A stretch of 64,000 bases of DNA from Candidatus Marinacidobacterales bacterium (GTDB lineage: Bacteria; Acidobacteriota; Vicinamibacteria; Marinacidobacterales; SMYC01), in assembly GCA_965237955.1 (NCBI GenBank), contig OZ250169.1, positions 96,001-160,000 of the forward strand. Direction: 5' to 3'. This document shows positions 50,737 to 60,465 of this stretch, piece by piece; position 1 is the first letter of the stretch, and each line of letters begins with the position of its first letter. The translations under genes and the position numbers were made by a program. The notes under the pieces are model-generated. The model saw only the letters and a list, made by a program, of their open reading frames with translations. It made no database searches and was not told the DNA's origin.

Positions 50737-53454
50737 GTGACACGCGAATACTCGTCTTGGTTCAGCAGAGCGACCGAACACGCGGAGCCGCGGCTCTGGC
50801 AGCAGACTCTCGCCGAATCTAGAACGTGCACGGATCGATTGATCCGCATCCCCACAGGGTTGGGCAAAACGGAGGCGGTTCTCGGTGCATGGGCCTGGAA
50901 CCGGCTGATTCGGCGTGACTCGACTTGGCCTCGACGCCTCGTCTGGTGCCTTCCGATGCGTGTGCTCGTACAACAGAGTCTGGCTGTCGCACAGAAGTTC
51001 CTCGAATCCATGCCCGTACGCAACACGGGGCCAGAGAAAGTCCAAGTATGCCCGTTAATGGGGGGCGCCGATGTCGAAGACTGGCATCTTCACCCCGAGC
51101 AACCGGCGGTTCTGATCGGCACGCAAGATATGCTCCTGTCGCGCGCGCTGAACCGTGGCTACGCCACCGGACGCGCACGATGGCCGATGGAATACGGCCT
51201 TCTCAACCACGATTGCCTTTGGATCATGGATGAGATCCAGCTCATGGACGTCGGGTTGACCACGAGCGTACAGCTTCAGGCGTTTCGTCGCGGGGATGCT
51301 GCCAAGTCGCTGCGGCCTTGCCGCACGTGGTGGATGAGCGCAACTCTTCAGCCCGACTGGTTCGAGACGTTGGACTCGCGACCGTGGCTACCGGAACTTC
51401 GCGAACGTATGGTCCAGGTAGGAGCGGAGGAGCGACATGGAGATCTGTGGCAGGCGCCAAAGCCCTTGACCGTGCACAGAATTCCGGCGGAGGAGGACAA
51501 GCACGCGGAGCGGTTGGCCGAAGTCGTGTGGGAAGCTCATTGGAAGGCCGAGCCGGCCGGTTCGGGTCGATTCACTCTAGCTATCGTCAACAGGGTGGAA
51601 ACGGCGACTCGGCTCTACGGAACACTCAAGAAGCTGTTGGGGGCCGAGCCGGTGCAGCCCGATCTCCGTCTGATTCACAGTCGATTTCGAGGAATAGAGC
51701 GGTCCCATTGGCCGGAGGAATTTCTGTCCAGACGTCATTCCACCGATGCCGCCACGGACCGGATCATCGTCTCGACTCAAGTGGTCGAGGCCGGTGTGGA
51801 TGTGTCGGCCACGGCTCTCGTAACAGAGCTCGCGCCCTGGCCGAGTCTGGTGCAGCGATTCGGACGCGCCGCACGATACGGCGGCGAGGCTACAGTGCAC
51901 GTGATCGAGCGTGACCTGAAAGGCAAGGACTGCCTGCCGTACGACGAGACCGAATTGGTGGCTGCGAGTAGTGCCCTCTCGCGGCTTGCTGACGTCGGTC
52001 TCGCGACTCTGGAGAATCTCGAATACGCGTTGCGAGATGAGGATCCTGATTCTTTGAAGCGTTTATACCCGTACGCTCCGCTGCATGTTCTCACGCGACG
52101 CGAATGTGACGAGCTGTTCGACACGAGCGCGGATTTGAGCGGTGCTGATCTGGATGTCAGCCGCTTCATCCGTAGCGGGGATGACCGGGATCTGTTCGTC
52201 TCCTGGTTGAACGTAGATGGGGACGCAAATCATCCTGCCGTCGAGTTTCAACCTCGCCGCGAGGGATTGTGTCCGGTCCCGGTGCCTACAGCGCGCAAGT
52301 GGTTGTTCAAGAGCAGACAACTCAAGGAGGGTTGCCGAGCGTGGATCTGGGACTATGTGGACGGCCGGTGGCGGCGGTTGAGGGCGGATGACTGCTACCC
52401 CGGTCAGACGATAATTGTCGACGCGACCTGGGGTGGTTATGACACGAAGACCGGCTTCACGGGTGCAGCTCGAGGGAAACAAGAGAACCCCGTACCTACC
52501 GAGGGTACGCTCGCGATTTCAGCGCAAGACGCCGTTGCGGATCGCGCTCAAGCACGGGATGACCTCAGCGAGCAGGCTAGTTGGAAGACGATCGCGACCC
52601 ATGGCGACGAAGTGGCTCAAAAAGCGCGCGAGCTGGCCGAGGTACTCGACATCCGCGCCGAACTGGTTCCGCTGCTCGATCTAGCCGGCCGACTCCACGA
52701 CTGGGGGAAAGCCCATCCTGCGTTTCAGTCCTCCATCATCGAGTCCGGGACCGAGGCGCGCCCCGAGCGGCGGGACCTTGCAAAGGCGCCGCGCGAGGCG
52801 TGGGTCCCGCTGAAGGAACTCTACAGCAAGGATGCAACAATCGGCAGACGCCGTGGATTCCGCCACGAGCTCGCCAGTACGCTGGCGCTTTTCGAGTTGT
52901 TGCGGCGGATCGATCCCCACCACCAAGCCCTGCTTGGAGAGCAGCGGGAGCTCATCGAGGCCGGTGTGCTGAAGCCGGAGCTCGACGAGCCACGTTCAGC
53001 CGATGGACCGCTCGCCACGCTGCTTTTGGCGCTCGACGCCGGTGCCTTCAACTTGCTCGCCTATCTTGTGTGCTGCCATCACGGGAAAGTGCGCGGCACG
53101 TGGCAGAGCACCTCCCGGGACCAGGAGTTTCCGAGCCTCGACTCCAAATACGCCGGCCGAGGTCAGCCCCTGCACGGTGTGCGACACGGCGATGTCGTGC
53201 CGGCAACACTCATGATCGCGCCCAACGGGAACGTTGTAGAATTGCCAGCTCTCACTCTTCACCTCGATCCCGCAACCTTGGGTTTGTCCGGGCGTTACGG
53301 GTCCAGTTGGACCGAGCGTGTCCAGCAGCTCTTTGCGTCGCATGGTCCATTCACCCTGGCTTATCTCGAAGCCATACTGCGTGTGGCCGACGTTCGGGCT
53401 TCGCGACTCGACACTGGCGATCCTCTACTGATGACGGAGGGTGTGTCGGTATGA
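50737..53454 (+). CDS. cas3: type I-G Cas3 helicase with C-terminal HD nuclease
   Basis: PTGLGKT, IGTQDMLLSRALNRGY, DEIQLM, MSAT, STQVVEAGVD, QRFGR; then LHDWGK, RHEL, HHGK. Confidence 0.96.
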   Translation: MTREYSSWFSRATEHAEPRLWQQTLAESRTCTDRLIRIPTGLGKTEAVLGAWAWNRLIRRDSTWPRRLVWCLPMRVLVQQSLAVAQKFLESMPVRNTGPEKVQVCPLMGGADVEDWHLHPEQPAVLIGTQDMLLSRALNRGYATGRARWPMEYGLLNHDCLWIMDEIQLMDVGLTTSVQLQAFRRGDAAKSLRPCRTWWMSATLQPDWFETLDSRPWLPELRERMVQVGAEERHGDLWQAPKPLTVHRIPAEEDKHAERLAEVVWEAHWKAEPAGSGRFTLAIVNRVETATRLYGTLKKLLGAEPVQPDLRLIHSRFRGIERSHWPEEFLSRRHSTDAATDRIIVSTQVVEAGVDVSATALVTELAPWPSLVQRFGRAARYGGEATVHVIERDLKGKDCLPYDETELVAASSALSRLADVGLATLENLEYALRDEDPDSLKRLYPYAPLHVLTRRECDELFDTSADLSGADLDVSRFIRSGDDRDLFVSWLNVDGDANHPAVEFQPRREGLCPVPVPTARKWLFKSRQLKEGCRAWIWDYVDGRWRRLRADDCYPGQTIIVDATWGGYDTKTGFTGAARGKQENPVPTEGTLAISAQDAVADRAQARDDLSEQASWKTIATHGDEVAQKARELAEVLDIRAELVPLLDLAGRLHDWGKAHPAFQSSIIESGTEARPERRDLAKAPREAWVPLKELYSKDATIGRRRGFRHELASTLALFELLRRIDPHHQALLGEQRELIEAGVLKPELDEPRSADGPLATLLLALDAGAFNLLAYLVCCHHGKVRGTWQSTSRDQEFPSLDSKYAGRGQPLHGVRHGDVVPATLMIAPNGNVVELPALTLHLDPATLGLSGRYGSSWTERVQQLFASHGPFTLAYLEAILRVADVRASRLDTGDPLLMTEGVSV

Positions 53455-55670
53455 CGGTACACGTTCACCATCTCACCGGATGTAGCCCGACGCCTCTCGC
53501 GCACTATCTCAAGGCACTCGGCATCCTTCGCCTCGTCTCGAACCAGAAAGATTCCGCCGCTCGCGGCTGGTGGAAGGAAGAGTCATTCCATCTCGCGACG
53601 AGGCTTGATGGCAACGCTTTGCCGAAGTTTTTCCTCGAGGACTACGAACCCACGCCGCTGGTGGCGCCTTGGAATGGCGGAAGCGGCTTCTACCCGAACG
53701 ACAACAAGGACGGGATCGCGGCGATCACGAAGAATCGCTCAGACCGCTTCGCAGGCTATCGCAAGGCGATCGAAATGGGGCGATCCGCAACGAGCCTAAT
53801 AAAGGCCAGCCCCAAGAACGAGGCGAAGAGTGTTTTCCTGCGCGAATGTCGCCAACGGTGGTCAGGTCCGCTGTTGGAGTGGCTGGAGGCCGCCGTTGTG
53901 CTTGACGGTGATGGGGAGCCTGTTTATCCAGCGCTCCTGGGAACGGGTGGCAACGACGGCCGGCTCGACTTCACGAACAATTTCATGCAACGTCTGGCGG
54001 AGCTGGTCGAATGCGAGCACCCGCAAGCGCCCTCACAGCCCGCCTCCTTGCGATTGCTGGACGCGGCGCTGTTCCGGCATCCGGAGGCCGGTCTGCAGAG
54101 GAGCGCCGTGGGACAGTTCCACCCAGGCAGTGCAGGTGGCGCGAACAGCAGCACGGGCTTCGGCGGCGACAGTCTCGTCAACCCGTGGGATTTTGTCCTG
54201 ATGTTGGAAGGCACTCTTCTTTTCGTCGCTTCCGTGGCGCGGCGCACGATAGCCCACGCTTCACGGCAGGCAGCCGCGCCTTTCGCAGTCCGCTCGTCCG
54301 CTGCAGGTTTTGCAAGCGCCTCGGCGGCGGACAAGAATCGAGATGAACAATGGATGCCGCTATGGGAGCGGCCCGCTACTCTTGGTGAGCTCGCTTCCCT
54401 CATAGCGGAGGGCCGCAGCCAGATTGGGACGCGCCTCGCGGCTCGACCTATCGACTTCGGACGGGCCATCGCTCGCCTTGGCGTTACTCGTGGTATCGCC
54501 GCCTTCGAGCGGTATGGCTATATCGAGCGGAACGGCCAGGCGAACCTTGCAGTCCCGCTCGGCCGCTGGAGAGTCCAAGCACAGCCACATCAGGATCTGA
54601 TCGACGAAGTCGCAGGATGGGTGGAGGGGCTGCGTCGCGCTGGCTCGGATAACTACGCGCCGAACTCGATATCCCGTAGCGCGCGTGCGTGCGAGGAAGC
54701 TATTCTCGCCTGTTGTCGCGACGGACGTAACCCGTCACAGTGGCAGGCGCTGCTAATCGCGGTCGGTGCGGCTGAAGCACAGCTTCCTCGAAGCCCGCGC
54801 TTCGCGGGCTCCAAGGGCCTGCGACCCGTCCCCACGTTGAGTGTCGCTTGGCTCGACGCTGCCGATGACGGCAGCCCTGAGATGCGACTCGCTCTAGCCC
54901 TCGCTTCACAGCATGGCACCAGCGAGAAGCAGACGATCGACTGGCAAGATCCGATCCGTCGTCACTTTCTGCCACTCGAGCAGGGATCGCTCGCCCGAAA
55001 GGCGCGATTCCACGTCAGAAGCGAAGCACTTGCTCTTTCTCCTGAGGTTGTGTGCGTTGGGAACACCCTAGACGGCGTCGCAATCGCGTTAATGCGGCGC
55101 CGTATGGTCGAGGCCGCGCAGAGGGTATCGCCTCAGCTTCCGCTCGTGGCCGTGCGCGGCGCTGAGGCAGGGACGGATGACATTGCCAAGTTCCTCGCGG
55201 GCAGGCTGAACGAGACGGCGATCCTCGACCTAGCCCGACCACTGATGGCATTGAATTGGCATGAACTCCACACGCGGCATTCACAGCATACTACGACCGA
55301 TGCGCTCGGGTCGCTGAGTGTGTACGGTCTCATGCGAATCGCGTACTGGCCACGAGCACTGCAGCTTGCACCTGGAGCCGAGGCAGTGTTGGTCCGCCTG
55401 GATCCAGCTATTTTCTCGCGACTGGATGCTGGTGACCTGTCTGGCGCGGCAGCGTTGGCGATCCGAAGGCTCATCGCTTCCGGACTTCGCCCACGCGTAC
55501 GTCTGGCCGTCGGCAACCCGGAACAAGCGCGGCGCCTCGCCGTAGCGCTCTCGTTTCCGATCAGAGAAAAAGACGCGACCGCACTGGCCCGTCGGTTGAC
55601 GCGACCTGCTGACGCACTCAAGGAACACGACTCTAAATTGACGAACGAACGTAAGGAGACCGTTACGTGA
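53451..55670 (+). CDS. csx17: type I-G large subunit Cas8g/Csx17
   Basis: ATG at 53451 overlapping the cas3 stop; PLAHYLKALG, PWNGGSGF, LLGTGGNDGRLDF, NPWDFVLMLEG, W.PLW, ERNGQ. Confidence 0.93.
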   Translation: MTVHVHHLTGCSPTPLAHYLKALGILRLVSNQKDSAARGWWKEESFHLATRLDGNALPKFFLEDYEPTPLVAPWNGGSGFYPNDNKDGIAAITKNRSDRFAGYRKAIEMGRSATSLIKASPKNEAKSVFLRECRQRWSGPLLEWLEAAVVLDGDGEPVYPALLGTGGNDGRLDFTNNFMQRLAELVECEHPQAPSQPASLRLLDAALFRHPEAGLQRSAVGQFHPGSAGGANSSTGFGGDSLVNPWDFVLMLEGTLLFVASVARRTIAHASRQAAAPFAVRSSAAGFASASAADKNRDEQWMPLWERPATLGELASLIAEGRSQIGTRLAARPIDFGRAIARLGVTRGIAAFERYGYIERNGQANLAVPLGRWRVQAQPHQDLIDEVAGWVEGLRRAGSDNYAPNSISRSARACEEAILACCRDGRNPSQWQALLIAVGAAEAQLPRSPRFAGSKGLRPVPTLSVAWLDAADDGSPEMRLALALASQHGTSEKQTIDWQDPIRRHFLPLEQGSLARKARFHVRSEALALSPEVVCVGNTLDGVAIALMRRRMVEAAQRVSPQLPLVAVRGAEAGTDDIAKFLAGRLNETAILDLARPLMALNWHELHTRHSQHTTTDALGSLSVYGLMRIAYWPRALQLAPGAEAVLVRLDPAIFSRLDAGDLSGAAALAIRRLIASGLRPRVRLAVGNPEQARRLAVALSFPIREKDATALARRLTRPADALKEHDSKLTNERKETVT

Positions 55671-56617
55671 TGAGTATCGAGCTGACCCCTTTCAACGACG
55701 CCCGTAAGCTTCTGATGAGCGTTGAGCTCAAACCCGTTCAGGGCACGCGCTTCCAGCCCACGGGATTTCCTGATCTCGGAGCCGCATCCTACCAGGCCGG
55801 TGACGCGCCGTGCCTGCTCGTAGAAAGCGCCCAATCGATGGCCAACCGCCTGGAAGCGGTGTGTTGGGACGAGACGACGCAGGACCTGCGAGAGCCGCTG
55901 ACAGGTCTAAGCTACATCCGTGTCGAACGGGATGGTACGTATCTGACGAGCTCGATTACCGAAGCCCACCGCATCAATAGCCCCTATATTCTCGAGAGCA
56001 AGGATCGGAGCTTTTTTGACCGGCTGAAGCATGCGGTGGCGCCGCTGAAGGAAGGGCCGATCGATCGCCACGTTCTTGCTGAGACACTTTTCGAGTTCGA
56101 CTGCAACAGTCTGCTTCATGGTGTATTCCTCGCGAAGAAGGAGCTGGCAGGTGGCCGTCTCCGCGTTGCCCGTTCGTTGTCAGCCTTCATCGAAGCTAGC
56201 GAGGCACAAGTCGCCGCGTCCGGCGGAGTCAAGAACGACACTGTCAATCCGAGCGGGGATACAGCCCGCGGCTTCGGCAATGTCCCTTTTCATCGCGAGG
56301 AATACACGGCTCAGACGATCACGGCCTACTTCAATCTTGACCTCGGTCAGATCCGTGGGTACGGACTTGGGTCGGAGTCGGAGCGGTTACTGATTCTGCT
56401 GGCTTTGTACAAAATCCGCGCTCTACTCGACGGTGACCTACGCTTGCGCACCGCCTGTGACTTCACGCTTGCAGACGGCGACGGCGCTATTGCCGCTGAC
56501 GCACCCGATGGGTTCGAGCTTCCACCTCTGGCCGAGTTGGAAACGTCTCTTCCGGCTGCGATCGCCGCGTGCAAGGACAAGATTGCCGGTGTCACGACTG
56601 TCCAGTTCAAGCAATAG
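55667..56617 (+). CDS. csb1: type I-G backbone subunit Cas7g/Csb1
   Basis: RFQPTGFPDLG, LVESAQSMANRLE, EAHRINSPY, NSLLHG, SGGVK, GFGNVPF, LRLRTAC. Confidence 0.95.
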   Translation: MMSIELTPFNDARKLLMSVELKPVQGTRFQPTGFPDLGAASYQAGDAPCLLVESAQSMANRLEAVCWDETTQDLREPLTGLSYIRVERDGTYLTSSITEAHRINSPYILESKDRSFFDRLKHAVAPLKEGPIDRHVLAETLFEFDCNSLLHGVFLAKKELAGGRLRVARSLSAFIEASEAQVAASGGVKNDTVNPSGDTARGFGNVPFHREEYTAQTITAYFNLDLGQIRGYGLGSESERLLILLALYKIRALLDGDLRLRTACDFTLADGDGAIAADAPDGFELPPLAELETSLPAAIAACKDKIAGVTTVQFKQ

Positions 56618-56628
56618 GGTAACGTCAC

Positions 56629-58269
56629 ATGACGATGATCGCGCTACGATTTCCAGGAGGACGCTATCACGCGACCCCGTGGGGTCGGCATGTCAACGAA
56701 GGCGCCATCGAGTGGCCACCAAGCCCCTGGCGAGTGCTTCGCGCCCTGGTGGCGACGGGCTTCTCGAAGCTTGCTTGGCAAGCGGTGCCCGATGATGCGT
56801 GCTCCCTGATTACGCACCTCGCTACCGAGCCTCCGAGTTTTCGACTTCCTGCAGGCGAGGTCTCCCACACGCGCCATTACATGCCCGTGATCGAAGGACG
56901 GAAGCAGACCACGACCAAGGTCATCGATACCTTTGTGCGGTTAGACGCAGGTGAGGAGCTTCTCATCCATTTTCCTAGCGAGTTGCCGTCCGACGAGCTG
57001 GAACTTCTCGAGAGCCTAGTCTCAAGCCTCGGATACTTCGGCCGAGCCGAGAGCTGGGTTGAAGGACGCTTGGCTGACGACGTGATTCCCGATGCAACGT
57101 GGTGCGTCGCTCGCCAGAATGGCTCATCATCGTTGCCTGACCTAGGTGGCGGCGACGTAGCTCTCCTCGCTCCGGTTTCGGCATCGGAATATGACTCCTG
57201 GCGAAGCGCGGCGAGCGAACAAGCTAAGAGAGCGGCGTTCGCAAGCGTTCGGGCTGCCGCTGCGGCAAAGCACAAGCAGGCCACCAAGACGCAGCTTGCC
57301 CAGGCAGAAGCGAAAATCATGGCACTGTACCCAGACGACCTACTCGGCTGCCTGCTCCAGGAGACCGCCGACTTGCAGCAGCAAGGTTGGAGTCAGCCAC
57401 CCGGTTCTCAGCAGATCCTGTATCGCCGGCCGGCAGGAACACTCGAGCGCCGGCCGCGACATCAAGCCTTTCATCCACGCTCCAGGCCTTCCGTTCAGGC
57501 CGCGTTGCTGGCCCTCACTTCGGATACGAAACGCGGTGATGTCCTTCCATTGTTCACGCGCTGCCTGCCGCAGGCTGAGCTGCTTCACCAGTCGCTGGTC
57601 AGCCTGCTCGGCGACGAGGCCTCGATGTGCTCCGTCCTTTCCGGCCGAGATCCAACCGAGGGCGGCCGTCTAACTGGTCACCAACACGCTCACTATCTGC
57701 CTTTGGATCTGGACGAGGACGGTCGCCTCGACCACGTCATCGTTCACGCGCCCATGGGGCTTGACGAGCGTGCTCAAGCAGCGATCGGACGCTTGCGGCG
57801 AACCTGGACTAAGGGTGGCGACAAGGATATCTTCGTTGCATGCGTTGGAATGGCCGACCTGTCGCAAGTCGCCGCGCAGTTGCGCCGGCGTTCAGGCAGA
57901 TCCCTTTCGGAGTTGTCGACATCCCACCGCTGGAGCAGCATCACGCCCTTCGTTCCACCGCGACATCTCAAAAAGCGGAACCACAGTCTGGAAGATCAGA
58001 TTCGCGCAGAGCTCGAAAGCAGAAGTCTGCCACCGCCGCAGCTCATTGACACGTTCAGCAGGAAAGAGCTGATTGAGAAGAAGCTGTTGCGCTTTGTCCG
58101 TACGCGCCGCGGCGAGAAACCCCAGCCCCCCGCGCACCGAGCGTTCGGTATTCGGCTAGTCTTCGACGAATCCATTTCTGGGCCGATCACTCTCGGCTAC
58201 GCCAGCCACTACGGACTCGGCCTGTTCGCGGCCGAACACGGTGGCGCGGGTTCCAACCGCGTACGCTAA
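56629..58269 (+). CDS. csb2: type I-G Cas5/Cas6 fusion Csb2
   Basis: GRYHATPWG..EWPPSPWR..Y.GRAESW; H.HAHYLP; C-terminal GPITLGYASHYGLGLF. Confidence 0.95.
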   Translation: MTMIALRFPGGRYHATPWGRHVNEGAIEWPPSPWRVLRALVATGFSKLAWQAVPDDACSLITHLATEPPSFRLPAGEVSHTRHYMPVIEGRKQTTTKVIDTFVRLDAGEELLIHFPSELPSDELELLESLVSSLGYFGRAESWVEGRLADDVIPDATWCVARQNGSSSLPDLGGGDVALLAPVSASEYDSWRSAASEQAKRAAFASVRAAAAAKHKQATKTQLAQAEAKIMALYPDDLLGCLLQETADLQQQGWSQPPGSQQILYRRPAGTLERRPRHQAFHPRSRPSVQAALLALTSDTKRGDVLPLFTRCLPQAELLHQSLVSLLGDEASMCSVLSGRDPTEGGRLTGHQHAHYLPLDLDEDGRLDHVIVHAPMGLDERAQAAIGRLRRTWTKGGDKDIFVACVGMADLSQVAAQLRRRSGRSLSELSTSHRWSSITPFVPPRHLKKRNHSLEDQIRAELESRSLPPPQLIDTFSRKELIEKKLLRFVRTRRGEKPQPPAHRAFGIRLVFDESISGPITLGYASHYGLGLFAAEHGGAGSNRVR

Positions 58270-58280
58270 ACGGGGCTATT

Positions 58281-60002
58281 GTGGATGACGGGTCACGCGC
58301 GGAAGATTTCCTCCCCGTGCGCATGCTCAACGAGTTCGCCTACTGTCCCCGGCTTTTTCACCTGATGCACGTGGAAGGCCGTTGGGCCGACAACGTCTAT
58401 ACCGTCGAGGGGAAACAAGCTCACCGGCGAGTGGACAAACTCGACCACGTCTTACCCGATCCAGAAGCCAGCCTCTCTAATCAGCCCGACGTTTCTTCTG
58501 TTACCGCTAGATTTGATGACGACGAACCACCCACCGTGACTCGTTCGGTACCGCTCTCCTCGGATCGTCTTCGTATCACAGCCAAGCTCGACTTGGTTTC
58601 CAGCGACGGGCGTGAGGCTGTGCCCGTCGAAACGAAGCGCGGGCGCGTGCCCAACAACGATCACCGTTCGTGGGAGCCGGAGCGCGTACAGCTGATGGCA
58701 CAGGGGCTGCTCTTGCGCGAACACGGCTACCAGTGCGACCACGGATTGCTCTATTTCTCAGGCTCCAGAACACGCGTCGACGTGCCGTTCACCACCGAGC
58801 TTGAAGCGCTGACGCTGTCGTTAATCGAGGAGGCGCGCCAGTCCGCATATCGAGAGAAACTGCCTCCCCCTCTCGAAGATAGTCCTAAGTGCATTGGATG
58901 TTCCCTCAATGGAATCTGCCTGCCGGATGAGACGCTCGCACTTCAGCAAGTCCCTGCGGATCCCATAGCACCGGCCGTACGCCGACTGTATCCGGCCCGC
59001 GATGACGCCGTTCCACTGTATGTACAGGAGCAGGGAGCGAAGGTCGGAAAAACCGCAGAGAACTTGATCATCCGCAAGGGCAAGGACAACCTGGCCTCCG
59101 CCCGCCTCAAAGACGTGAGCCAGCTCGTATTGTGCGGGAACGTAGGCGTCAGCGCCCAAACCATTCATCTTCTCTCTGAAGCGGGCGTTCCTATCGTTCA
59201 CCTATCTTCGGGGCACTGGTTCCATGCAATCACATATGGTATCGGGCTTCGCAATGCCTATGATCGCGCTGCGCAATTTGCGGCTGCGGCCCAACCGAAC
59301 AGGTGTCTGAGCTTCGCAAAAGCGGTCGTTGCCGCGAAAGGGTCGAATCAACGCACGATGCTGAGACGTAACGGAACCGTCACCGATCGTACGCTTCGTG
59401 AAATGCAGGAATTGATCAAGAGCACGGCTCGGGTTCAGAGTGTGGAACAATTGCTTGGTCTCGAAGGCAGCCTCGCAGCACACTATTTTCGGCACTTCGA
59501 TGGCATGCTCCGACCACGGGACTTCGATGCGGTGTGGGACTTCGCGAGCCGAAATCGGCGCCCGCCGAAGGACCCCGTCAATGCGCTGCTTTCCTTTGGC
59601 TACGCCCTACTGACCAAGGAGTGCACGGTGGCCCTCTTGGCTGAAGGTTTGGACCCGTGGTGGGGCTTCTATCACCGACCTCGACATGGACGCCCAGCCC
59701 TCGCATTGGATTTGATGGAGCCACTGCGCCCTTTGATCGCGGACTCCGCCGTCGTGAGTGCCGTGAACACCGGAATGTTAAAGGCCAAGGATTTCACGAC
59801 GAGCAGGGCCGGATGCATGCTCAATCCAATCGCGCGCAAGGCCATGATCCAAGCCTATGAATCCCGGCTCGACCAGGTGGTTACTCATCCGGTGTTCGGC
59901 TATCGCTGCTCGTGGCGGAGCATGATTCGAGTTCACGCCCGATTGCTGGCACGTTGGTTGCGGGGAGACGTGCCCAGCTATCAAAGCATCGTCACCCGCT
60001 GA
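58281..60002 (+). CDS. cas1: Cas4-Cas1 fusion
   Basis: Cas4: YCPR, LDL..PVETKRG, C..CSL..IC; Cas1: LLGLEG, RNRRPPKDPVNALLSFGY, GFYH, LALDLMEP. Confidence 0.96.
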   Translation: MDDGSRAEDFLPVRMLNEFAYCPRLFHLMHVEGRWADNVYTVEGKQAHRRVDKLDHVLPDPEASLSNQPDVSSVTARFDDDEPPTVTRSVPLSSDRLRITAKLDLVSSDGREAVPVETKRGRVPNNDHRSWEPERVQLMAQGLLLREHGYQCDHGLLYFSGSRTRVDVPFTTELEALTLSLIEEARQSAYREKLPPPLEDSPKCIGCSLNGICLPDETLALQQVPADPIAPAVRRLYPARDDAVPLYVQEQGAKVGKTAENLIIRKGKDNLASARLKDVSQLVLCGNVGVSAQTIHLLSEAGVPIVHLSSGHWFHAITYGIGLRNAYDRAAQFAAAAQPNRCLSFAKAVVAAKGSNQRTMLRRNGTVTDRTLREMQELIKSTARVQSVEQLLGLEGSLAAHYFRHFDGMLRPRDFDAVWDFASRNRRPPKDPVNALLSFGYALLTKECTVALLAEGLDPWWGFYHRPRHGRPALALDLMEPLRPLIADSAVVSAVNTGMLKAKDFTTSRAGCMLNPIARKAMIQAYESRLDQVVTHPVFGYRCSWRSMIRVHARLLARWLRGDVPSYQSIVTR

Positions 60003-60295
60003 TGACGAGCCGAAAACGGTACTTGGTCGCTTACGACGTCGCAGATGATAAGCGGCGCAACCAGGTCTTCAGAACGTTGTCTGGCTATGGGGACCGCGCA
60101 CAATACAGCGTCTTTTTCTGCGAGGTGAATCCCCGCGAGCTGGCGGAGCTCCGCGGCAAGCTTCACCGGACCATCCATGATAGTGAGGATCAGGTCATGA
60201 TACTGAAGCTGGGTGCGGCCACACAACCGCTAGAAACAGATCTCCAATGTCTTGGAAAACCCTATCGACCGGCAACAACGGTATTCGTTGTATGA
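60002..60295 (+). CDS. cas2: Cas2
   Basis: YLVAYDVADDKR..GYG..QYSVF; ATG overlaps the cas1 stop. Confidence 0.95.
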   Translation: MTSRKRYLVAYDVADDKRRNQVFRTLSGYGDRAQYSVFFCEVNPRELAELRGKLHRTIHDSEDQVMILKLGAATQPLETDLQCLGKPYRPATTVFVV

Positions 60296-60465
60296 TTCGA
60301 GCGGCGGAGTGGTGCCCGAGTGCCCGCCGCCGCTCGTGCTCTTTGACAACTAGAGGTTTAAGCCATGACGACGCGGCCCACGAGCCAGTGCGAGCGCGTG
60401 CATACAACGACCTCTCGATAACAAGCGAAAAAGCCTTTATTTCGCAAAGAGTTGTCGAGCGGTCT
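60296..60465 (+). promoter_or_regulatory. CRISPR leader
   Basis: 170-bp non-coding gap between cas2 and the first repeat, with CGAGCG-type motifs and AT-rich patches. Confidence 0.8.

Noticed and set aside
52581-53450. 290-codon N-terminal extension of the csx17 ORF (1029 aa in the track)
   Set aside because: It overlaps the cas3 HD domain in another frame and is Arg/Ala-rich shadow sequence; Csx17 motifs start at ATG 53451, which is coupled to the cas3 stop.
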